Source: Perkinsela sp. CCAP 1560/9
Taxonomy: Eukaryota; Protista; Euglenozoa: Kinetoplastea
Assembly: GCA_965644495.1 (NCBI GenBank)
Contig: CBFFSA010000009.1
Location: 1-64,000 of the forward strand
Length of the DNA stretch: 64,000 nt
Reading direction: 5' to 3'
Below the pieces are notes generated by a model. The model did not search any database. It had not been told where the DNA came from and was given only the letters and a program-made list of their open reading frames with translations. Made by a program: the position numbers and the translations under genes. Shown here piece by piece: positions 47,034 to 56,693 of this stretch (position 1 is the first letter of the stretch; each line of letters starts with the position of its first letter).

Positions 47034-48632
47034 ATGAATCACATTACGGAGACGCATGATGAACTGTCACCCCCTGTTAAACGTAGGAAAGTGCATCGAG
47101 ATGTCCCACCTAGCATGGCACCTTATCCATCTACTCGCCCCGGGAAAGTACACGGGTCTGTTCTACCGCAAGAATATGAGCTGGAACGAGTCATTGCGGA
47201 CGTATTGCATCCTGACCCATCCTGGACGACATCCACAGCTGCGTGCAATTGGGCTGGAGTAGTGTGTAATGAACATGGAGAGGTCACGGAACTTCTGTGG
47301 GACAGTGACTCAGAACTTGTAACCATATACGGGCCGTTTTTGGGCACATTGCATTTAGAACATCTTCCCAGAACCGTTTTGCGAGTATCCGCCACAGGAA
47401 ACGATTTTTCTGGATCCGTTTTTTTGGACAATTTGCCACCGAACCTGACGTACCTTAGCCTCAGTTCGAACAAATTTACTGGTACAGTAAACTTTCCGCT
47501 TTTCCCACCAACGTTGCAAGTAATTAATTTAGGATTTAACTTGTTTGAAGGTGGCATTGATTTGGGTAGCCTCCCAGCAGAGTTGAGGATATTGAAATTG
47601 GGCGAAAATCGTTTTTTCTCAGGCACCAATCAGTGTGAACAGGACATGGATCTTGGTGCACTTCCGGTTCACATGGAAATATTCAATGCTCAACAAAACA
47701 AGTTTTCAGGTAAGCTACACCTGAGTAATTTGCCCCGAACGCTTAAATACTTGAATATAGCGAGCAACGAACTTACTGGGACGCTTAATTTGCAAGGTCT
47801 GCCATCAACACTTGCGCTTGTCCTTCTATCAGACAACCAATTTTATGGTTCTCTACAGTTTGACTCCCTTCCTGAGAAACTTACCTCATTTGTCGCATCC
47901 GGCAACAAGTTTACGGGCGTGTCGAGTCTAGATAAGTTACCGAACGGACTGTCGAGTTTGGATCTCTCCAAAAATGCACTGACCGGGACGTTAGACTTGC
48001 GGCACTTACCAGAGGAGCTTGATGACCTTGATCTTTCGCGTAACGCGTTCACGGGAGGGATTGATCTTCGATTCCTACCTCCTGGGTTAAATTACCTCCT
48101 TTTGTACCGTAACAAGCTATCTGGGTCACTAGATCTCAATGAATTACCCGAAGATTTGAATGTACTGGACATCAGCAATAATGAGCTCGTGGGTTCTTTT
48201 GAATTAGACACACTTCCACCTTCACTCGAAAATTTAATAATCAAACGTAATCAATTTACGGGCAATCTTCACCTCAGCGACTTGCCTGAGTCCTGTGTTG
48301 TTTTTGTCGCTAGCCATAATAAATTTTCAGGAGCCCTAGATTTTCAGGATATACCGGCCGAGCTTCAAACTCTGAAACTTGACCACAATTGTTTTAGCGG
48401 TGTCCCTGCTTTTACAGATCTTTCTGTAAACCTTGAAACGCTTTTACTTAACAATAACTGCCTGGAAGGAAATATCCAACTCTATGTGTTACCCGAAACG
48501 CTATCCGTCTTGTCTTTACACGACAATCCAGAGCTCCATGGATATATCAGTCACAAGGTACAGGAAGGTAGAAATATTACGTTTGACAGGGCTCATATTT
48601 CGTGCTGTGCGTGTCGAAAACACAGTAAGTAA
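47034..48632 (+). CDS. Long LRR protein (paralog 8), 532 aa, NLS-like PPVKRRKV
   Basis: RPGKV..LPQEYEL..AACNWAGVVC cap plus about 18 tandem ~23-aa LRRs. Confidence 0.93.
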   Translation: MNHITETHDELSPPVKRRKVHRDVPPSMAPYPSTRPGKVHGSVLPQEYELERVIADVLHPDPSWTTSTAACNWAGVVCNEHGEVTELLWDSDSELVTIYGPFLGTLHLEHLPRTVLRVSATGNDFSGSVFLDNLPPNLTYLSLSSNKFTGTVNFPLFPPTLQVINLGFNLFEGGIDLGSLPAELRILKLGENRFFSGTNQCEQDMDLGALPVHMEIFNAQQNKFSGKLHLSNLPRTLKYLNIASNELTGTLNLQGLPSTLALVLLSDNQFYGSLQFDSLPEKLTSFVASGNKFTGVSSLDKLPNGLSSLDLSKNALTGTLDLRHLPEELDDLDLSRNAFTGGIDLRFLPPGLNYLLLYRNKLSGSLDLNELPEDLNVLDISNNELVGSFELDTLPPSLENLIIKRNQFTGNLHLSDLPESCVVFVASHNKFSGALDFQDIPAELQTLKLDHNCFSGVPAFTDLSVNLETLLLNNNCLEGNIQLYVLPETLSVLSLHDNPELHGYISHKVQEGRNITFDRAHISCCACRKHSK

Positions 48633-50221
48633 GTAGCGCAGTGGGACGCTGCTGTTACGCTCAGTGTGAGCGTGAATACAGAAAACGAGAATGTAGTCGT
48701 GTCATATTAGACAAGCGAAAGTCATGTATATAAAAGGATACCTTCACGTAATATAGACAGAAATGTAAATACACAGAAATGTATAGATATAAACTTTAAA
48801 AATGACCAAGACCTGTAGTGACAATGGTCACTATGGAGTTGTCCACTGCCATCGAGTCACATACAGTACGTGTCATCCAGTGTCATCCAAAACAGAGTTA
48901 TGGGAATCGAGCGAGGACCCAAGCGTACCATGTGCTCCCGATGAGTGTAGGGCAAGTGATGGCCATGATAAGCAATTCCTATTTTCTAAGGAATTATAAA
49001 GTCAAGCCAATTAACACAGTAATTTACATTATGTAGTGTATGTCAGCGTGATGATTTTGCAGTATGTACGTCATTTTCGCAGCATGTATTGAGTTCAATA
49101 AATATATAAAAAGTAGCAGCGTTTCGGTCAGAAGGTTCGAAATTCTGTCTCTTTCTTCTTTGCGTTCGTCAATGTTTTCTCGTGTATACGATCCCCACAT
49201 GTTTCGGAGCGGCAGAGCAGTGGGGCGAACATCACGAGGGTTCAGTGCAACTTTAAAGTGCTGAGAGACAAGGAGACGTGCCGAACGTATGTACCTTTCG
49301 TGCCCTGAGCTCTTCGTACAAGCTTTGATCTGAAGAAGAACTTGTACTCTGTCGTCTGGAAGAAGACGCTTCCCAAAAACTCTGCTTCACGAATAAGCAA
49401 CCCACATTCTGGTCCTTTACGGGATCTAGCCCACACAAAGAAACTTTTGCCTCTGTGAGCCAGATAGATCTTCAAGGCTCTGTGGGAAGCAACACCAATG
49501 ACATATCTTTACCAAGGTCGGGACATTAGCGTAGTTATGGTTGAAGCACTGTCTACTTCAACAGCTTCATTAGAAGTGTCAATAGGGGTTTCGCACTAAT
49601 ACAACGCTGCGGCGAAAAGATGCTAAATTGTTTTCTTTTCGCAAACCGAGCAAAATGAATAAGACGGCTAAGTGATCGGCTCCGGCTTGTACAGCGTTTT
49701 GAAGTTTCATGCTAATCTGTAATGCGATAAAAATTAGCGCACAAAAATAAGCGCTATCGCAAGCTTCGGATGAGCACTGGACAGTGCACGACTGGGCTCC
49801 AGTTGTGCGCGTCGTGTGCCTGTGCAAGTCCATAAGTTCCTCAGTGAAGATGCAAACAGTATTTGTCGGTACCCGTGCCGCATTTCAATGAATTTGCGGG
49901 GTGGGGCCTCACATATTCCGTACAGCATTATCCAACTTTCTTTTGCTGTTCTTTGCTGCCGTTTGTTAAAAAATGGACCGTTTTCCCCATACTCGGCTCG
50001 TCAATTATGTCCGCTACCACATTCCCGAAAGTAGCCCCCATGAAAACAATGCATCCCTTCTGCGTGACATCTTGCACGTGACATCTTGCATTCCCTTCTT
50101 GCACGTGACATCTTGAACACCAAGTTGTGCTTCTATTATTAAGAGATCTTCTGGTTGAAGAGTTAACCATGACACTATCCTCTTCGCTCAAAAGGGTAAT
50201 GTCTCCAAGAAAAAGGAAGAG

Positions 50222-50833
50222 ATGACGATGCGACACAGAGCTTGTAATTGGGATGGCGTGGATTGTAACAAAGCGAATGAGATTACGTCTATATATTGGA
50301 ACGGGTATTTAAGTAAGTCATACAAAGATCTCACTGGATCGTTGAATTTTGGTTATCTCCCAAATACAGTACACACGTTCTGCTTTTTTCTTACTAAACT
50401 TTCGTGGGAAGTTCCACTGAGCACATTGCCCTGCAAGTTAGGTGTTTTGATTCTAGCTTACAATGATTTTAGTGGACCATTGGACTTGACAACTCTCCCT
50501 CCGAATATGAACAAGCTGAACCTCTCCGGTAACCGATTTACAGGTGAAATTTGCTTAGATAAATTGTCTCCTGGGTTGAAATATCTCAGTCTTGACTGTA
50601 ATCAGTTATCAGGAAACCTTTGTCTACGTGATCTCCCAAACTTGTACGATCTTCGACTATTCACGAATAGGTTTTCCGGCAAAATTGACGTAAGAAGCCT
50701 TCCAAGTACATTGCACCATCTCGATTTGTCAAACAACGTAAATCTGCATGGCGAGATAGAAAAGCGCCTGCTTCCCAATATGGCTGGCTTTAATCTCAAC
50801 ATTAGAAACACGAATATTACTTTACTTTTCTAA
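50222..50833 (+). pseudogene. 5'-truncated LRR gene (paralog 9), close to paralogs 3 and 10
   Basis: Similarity starts abruptly at ACNWDGVDC; lacks the LPQEY cap segment; remainder is open. Confidence 0.75.
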
Positions 50834-51601
50834 TAACTTGTCGGGTCATTGTTAGTTCCTAGCATCTTGCCTTACATTTAATATTACAGTTGTATTACCA
50901 TAGTGCCTCAGACCGTATGAAGGATATGCAAATAATTGTGTTTTTTGAATATGTCTTTTGAATCGCTGGTCACGGTTAGGATATATCCAGTTAAGATCAA
51001 AATTATGAACAAGAAGATGATTAGATTCTAAAAAGAGTTTAAGGAACAGTAGATCCTTTTGACTAAGGACCTGAATTTTTCATACAGTGGTGCAAATCTG
51101 CAGCTGTACTTTAAAACTTGTGCTCTTAATGTTGGAAAATATTAGAGCACTGGGGAGCTATCGCAAAGCTACGTGCCGGTAAGTATCAAACGCGGCATTA
51201 ACCAAACGTTATATTCCAACTGATATGAATCAAACTAGCAAACCTTTTTGATTGCATATAATTGGGGGGAATACTATTGAGTATAACGGTTTTATCAACT
51301 TTTGGAACACTTTCGTACACTTTTCACACTTAACCCTTCACCGTACTTACTCCCCGCTTTTCAAACCTCCGCTCCCACCCCGTTAGCCGTATCCGATACT
51401 TTAGGTTGCTGTACGAGCGTGGGAGACGTAGAGGCCACGAAGCGCAAAGCCGCCGTCACGCCAAGGGGGAAAAGTGGCAAGCGAGACATAGCGGGACGGA
51501 CACGGAGGCGATATATGAATGGCAGGTAGTCACCCAAGCCAAAAATTATTATCGCTAAAATTCATAATACAAAAATTATTCAATAATTTTAAGTACTGCG
51601 T

Positions 51602-52507
51602 TAATTTCTTTTTTAGGCTCTTCGTTAAACGCGGTGGTTGCTTTCAACTTAGAAGTCACTCATGCTGCGCGCTTCGCGTTGAAAACTACCGCCGCGTTTA
51701 ACGAAGAGCCTAAAAAAGAAAATTTAGCCTGGAAAACGGAAAGATTATAGCCAAAAATAGCCGAATTTCGGGTAAAAATGGGGTCATTTTCGCATATTTT
51801 TGCTCTCAGAGCACTAAATCCGACATTTGCGCGTGGGAAATCACTCGCAGGCATGAATGAAAGCCTACCGAACGTATTGGGTAGAGAATGCGACTCCAAC
51901 CATACCATTCTTTCGACACAAAAATGCCCCTTTAGGTCCGAAAAATACTTTTTCACCTTTTTTAGTCAAAAATGGGTCATTTTGGGGGGCGCACCACAGT
52001 TCGAAGAAGGGATACCTTGCGAAAACAACTGCGGAGAAAGCTAGTGTAGGTCCCAAACTACCAAAATACAACAGGGGAAACGATTTTGGAAAAATATTTT
52101 TTTTGTCATTTTTTTCGCCAAGTTGAAATTTTTTTCAAAATTTTTTTTCCGAAAAAATCCGAACTTGGCGGACCCGTCCTGCGGATACGCGGGGGGGTCA
52201 CCCCCGGGTAGGGGGGTGGAAAATGCGCGCCAAGACCCCGGCTACCCTTTCTGCGGTTTTTTTTCGAAAACTAATTTTTTCGAAAAAATTTGCTCGACCA
52301 TGCCCCCCCCCTGGACCCCCCCCCTGGACCCCCCCCATGGACCCCCCATTTTTTTCAAATTTTTTTTTCAGTTTTGGACCACCGGAGCCCCCTTTTATAT
52401 TTTTTTCTTCTATTATATTACTGTGTTCCCCTTTATATTTTCACTGTTTTTGTTCACTTTTTTTTCAATAATCGAGTGTAGAGCGGTAGTTTTACAACCA
52501 CCGCAAT
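51602..52507 (+). mobile_element. Family H element, full length ~906 bp, non-coding
   Basis: 5' palindrome of ~122 bp, CnTGGA tandem, 3' short hairpin, no TSD. Confidence 0.93.
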
Positions 52508-52745
52508 TAGTAGTTATACAATCACCGCAACGACCACTTAATAACCTGACCTTCTCAACATATTTGACAAGATTAGAGAGACGTAACTTATTTCTCTTCT
52601 TGTTCAACACGATTTCAAATCTTTTGGTGAAAACCTACTTTCTTTCTTTTAAAAACTCTTGAATCTTTTTGGGAGAAAAAGTCCCTTTCGACACAATTTC
52701 CTGAGGGTTTTTCCGACCCTCTTCTAAGTTCTTCTCTTTGTCGAT

Positions 52746-52985
52746 ATGTACGCATTTTTGCAAACAATTATAAATTTTTTAACTAAAAGTTGCATCGTTT
52801 CGTCAAGAATTGAAAACTCAACAATATTAGTCGGCGGTGCATTCTTTTTTGAGTTCCCTGACAAGGATGAAAATGGAAACAAGCAAACTGTTAACTCGCC
52901 AAATTTTATGACAGCACTGAGAAGAAACAAAAGATTTTTCAACTTTCTAAAACGCCATCAAGGGGCAAGTGTTATCATGGATGGC
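52746..52985 (+). pseudogene. Tc1-like transposase internal fragment
   Basis: FPDKDENGNKQTVNS..LKRHQGASVIMD resembles the core of the intact transposases. Confidence 0.7.
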
Positions 52986-53305
52986 GACAGGTGTATGTCC
53001 ATTTCCGGTTGAATTCCGGAAACTCTTCTTTCCGTTGAAGAGGGGCCGCCGCTTCGCACACCCGTGCAGCGCGTCAGACGCGCCGAGTGGTCCCGCTGGA
53101 TGAACGCCGGGGAGAGCCTCTCAACGACGCTATGTAGCCGAAAGGTTTCTTGCAGGCTCTCAACGACGCCTCCCGCAGTGGAAGTCCTGTATAGGCCGAA
53201 TCCCTGCGTTCGACCGGCGTTGAAGGCGCCGCAATGGCCGTTGATAGCCGTCGTCGTACGTCAGGCGCTCACTCTGCAGGTTTTGCTCTGCATGAAATAT
53301 AAATA

Positions 53306-54877
53306 CAGGGGTGAAAACTTCCATCTGGGGGGGGTCTAAAATTTGTAAAAACTTTTCAATTTTGTAAAATAATAGCGCATTCGAGAGCTCTCGCAGAGTT
53401 GTATGTCTTCGTACTGGTAGCTTTTAACATATCAAAGTGGAACTACAAATGCCGAATAGGTCAAAAACTCGAATTGTCACTTGAAAAATGATACAAAAAA
53501 GTTAAAAAATAACGTTTTTCCCCCCAAGAAAATTGTTAGTAACCCCTGTTAGTATCCGCAATGTGCACCGTTCTTTTCTACAATGATTCTACAACGCTTT
53601 CTGAAGCTTTTTAGCGTATTCTCAAATTTAGATATTTGTTCTGTCTTAAGTTTATCATAGGAATCATGAATTGCGGAGAGTAATTGTTGTTGATTTTTGG
53701 GTTGAATTTGGTCCTTTGTCCCGTCCATTATTGACCAAAGATTTTCTATGGGGTTTAGATCAGGGGATCGTGCTGGCCATCGGAGCCAAGAATAACCCTT
53801 TTCTTGGGCCGCGGCACGAGCCTTATTATGTGCCGGGCAATTGTCCATCACTATTGTGGCCCGATGTCTCCTTAAATATTGGAACAGACCCCCCCTTTTT
53901 TTCATGGCTTCATAAAAATTTTGTTCCTTTACAATTACTTTGTTTCCTTGAGAATCATGGGTAGTAAAGACGTGTAAATGAAACCCATTCTTTAAGCTCA
54001 CCCCCATCCAAACCATAATGCCTTCTCCACCATGATAGGGTTCTAATTCCCCTGTCTGTTCTTTGGGGGGGTCAAATTTTCGGCAAAGGTACGTGGGTCG
54101 GGTGGATCTTTTGCACGTAAATGTTTTTTCGTCGCAGAAAATAATATTTTCCAGCGCAGCGTCGCTCCACTGTAGCATTTCAGTGGCAAATTGCACTCTG
54201 CGCTCCTTATGATTATTAGATAAGAAAGGGGTCTTTAAAGCTGTTCTGAGCACAATTTTTTCTTTTGAGTTTTTCAACATGTTCCTTAGGGATGTTATTG
54301 AACATGTGAAGCCACGTCGCTTTACCTCTCTCCAGAGCTCGCTCCAAGTGGAGATACCATAAGGAAGGTCACGATAAGCGTCATCAATAAGCTTTAAAGA
54401 TACTTTCATAAGATCAGAGGTGGTGACCCTAGGTTGACGCGTAGGGGATGGACTGGCCACGTCGTCAGTGCAATTAAATCTTTCCACCCAGAGTTTCACA
54501 GTTCCCTCGTGGACACCAAAATTTTGGGCAGTCCGGGAATAAGACTCTGTTTTCTCAAAGTCCGCCACAAGAAGCATCCTGTGACTTTCCTTAATCTTCC
54601 CTGGTGAGGCATAGGAGCGTGCGCTCAAAACACCACGGGAAGTCCTTGAGCGAACTCGCTTTTGAGGCATAAAATGGGGAAAAACAAAAAACTGCCATAT
54701 TTTCACAGGAAGAAAAAATTATTTTTTTGTCATCAGATTAAATCTTTCAAGTCGAGCGTTCCGAATACGCCAAAGACATACAACTCTGCGAGAGCTCTCC
54801 AATGCGCTATTATTTTACAAAATTGAGCAAATTTTACAAAATTTAGCCCCCCCCCCAGATGGAAGTTTTCACCCCTG
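53306..54877 (-). mobile_element. Full-length Tc1/IS630-like transposon (second subfamily)
   Basis: ~105-bp TIRs CAGGGGTGAAAACTTCCATCTGGGG, TA on both sides. Confidence 0.95.
53549..54670 (-). CDS. Tc1-like transposase, DD32E
   Basis: ORF 53549..54706, start MPQKRVRSR by homology; FCDEK, MDN, WPARSPDLNPIENLW. Confidence 0.95.
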   Translation of the reverse strand: MPQKRVRSRTSRGVLSARSYASPGKIKESHRMLLVADFEKTESYSRTAQNFGVHEGTVKLWVERFNCTDDVASPSPTRQPRVTTSDLMKVSLKLIDDAYRDLPYGISTWSELWREVKRRGFTCSITSLRNMLKNSKEKIVLRTALKTPFLSNNHKERRVQFATEMLQWSDAALENIIFCDEKTFTCKRSTRPTYLCRKFDPPKEQTGELEPYHGGEGIMVWMGVSLKNGFHLHVFTTHDSQGNKVIVKEQNFYEAMKKRGGLFQYLRRHRATIVMDNCPAHNKARAAAQEKGYSWLRWPARSPDLNPIENLWSIMDGTKDQIQPKNQQQLLSAIHDSYDKLKTEQISKFENTLKSFRKRCRIIVEKNGAHCGY

Positions 54878-55534
54878 TATGTGCCTTGTTGATACTTTTT
54901 TCCTATCTCATCCTTCCTTTTCCCGGAAACGGGAATATTCTGTACCGTTTTATGTTTGTCCGTTTCCGGCCGGCTCTAGGGACGGAAACATATCTTTCTG
55001 TTAAAGTCGGAGATCCGCAACCTCACAAGACTTCTTGCAGTCTCTCAACGATGCCGTGTGGGTGCGTCCTCTTGCAGCCACTCATTGATGCTCGAAAATG
55101 CCACCAATTGACGCAGCGAAAATCTAGTGCCCCTCATGCGCTACAAGACCGCCCTTGAGGACCACGTTGGCGTGGCTCTGCGCCGAACCCTCCGTGCGAC
55201 TTGCGTTATTGCGCTCTCGTCGCAAGGAGAAATTTTCTCTGCAGTTTTTCGCCCTGCATCGATAAAACCTAGCGAGGCAATGCCGACCGCAGTGGAACGC
55301 TAGACGTTTCGGGACCATTGAAGATTTCGTTTTATGATATTGAAGGTACAAAAATTTCCGTAAGAAATGGGAACTCTGCTGCCTCCAATCAAGTTTCGTA
55401 CAATAAGGATTCTATCATTAGACTAATATATTTTTACTCGTAATATCTAACTAGGAGATACCACCGGTATTGTGGTGTCATGCAAGACGAATTTATTCAA
55501 AACTTTCTACACATTATTCTGCATTGGTTGTTTT

Positions 55535-56221
55535 ATGCTTTTTATCGTTTCCGCTGCGGATATTACAGAATCCCACGCAACACGAAGAGCAGGTAGAGTC
55601 AGCAAGGCGAATCTCCCACAAGAATACGAACTTGCACAACTCGTACAGAATATTGAAAATCCACATCCCTCGTGGAATGCGTCAACCCCTGCTTGCGAGT
55701 GGGACGGCGTGGATTGTGATGTAGCGAGTGAGATTAAGTCTATAAAGTGGAACGTTTATTCAGGGAAGTCATACCAAGAACTCACTGGGTCGTTGAGTTT
55801 TGTTTATCTCCCAAAGACAGTGCGAATTTTTGATGTTTTTCTCACTAAACTTTCTGGCGAAGTTCCACTGAACACTTTGCCCTTCAAGTTGGAGTCTATG
55901 AATCTTCGGAACAATGATCTTAGTGGACCATTGGACTTGACAGCTCTCCCTCCGATTTTCAACAAGCTGGTCCTCTCCGGTAACCGATTTACAGGTGAAA
56001 TTTGCTTAGATAAATTGCCTTCGGGGTTGAAATATCTCTGGCTTGACTGCAATCAGTTATCAGGAAAAGTGTGCTTATGTAATCTTCCAAGTGCATTGTA
56101 CCTGCTCGATTTGTCAAGCAACGTAAATCTGCATGGTGAGGTAGAAAAGCGTTTGCTTCGAGACATGGCTGGATTAAATCTCAAGATTAGAAACACGAGC
56201 ATTACACGTGTGGGACCGTAG
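55535..56221 (+). CDS. LRR protein (paralog 10), close to paralog 3 but one LRR shorter
   Basis: ORF 55472..56221, ATG 55535; RAGRV..LPQEYEL..TPACEWDGVDC cap. Confidence 0.9.
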   Translation: MLFIVSAADITESHATRRAGRVSKANLPQEYELAQLVQNIENPHPSWNASTPACEWDGVDCDVASEIKSIKWNVYSGKSYQELTGSLSFVYLPKTVRIFDVFLTKLSGEVPLNTLPFKLESMNLRNNDLSGPLDLTALPPIFNKLVLSGNRFTGEICLDKLPSGLKYLWLDCNQLSGKVCLCNLPSALYLLDLSSNVNLHGEVEKRLLRDMAGLNLKIRNTSITRVGP

Positions 56222-56693
56222 TCTTGTGAGACCGTATGAAAGACATACAAATAATTGCATGCACAAATTGTAATTGTACGAATAATTGGGTTCAAAGCCG
56301 GTGAAAGTGTAACCTTTTTTTAAAAAGAACTATTTTTTTGTTTCAACATTTTCATTTCTAGAACCCTTTTTTGTCATTTTAAGATATTTTAAGCCCTTTT
56401 AACGAGGTTTCGATAGAGAATACTACGTTGTAAAGTAATTTTCATGGTAAGTATACATGCTTCTGAAAGTCAAAAATGGACCTTTTCCTAAAAATATTCC
56501 CTTTTTGTAAATGTCCAACCTGGGAAAGTATTAAAACATCTCTTGCAGAGAAATAAGGCTGCTCAAGAACCGAATTTATTGGCTCCACCCGCATTTCACG
56601 CATTAAAACAAAGTACTTGTGCTTACATCGTGCACCTCCCCGTCCATTAGGGCATAAGCATCGACCGCCCGACCTTCCGATATGTACGATATA

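Noticed and set aside
47123-47629. Antisense ORFs over LRR genes
   Set aside because: Shadow frames of the LRR coding strand.
49240-50200. Second SWIM/RING-like pseudogene on the minus strand
   Set aside because: Resemblance is too weak and no intact CxC..CxH motif is present.
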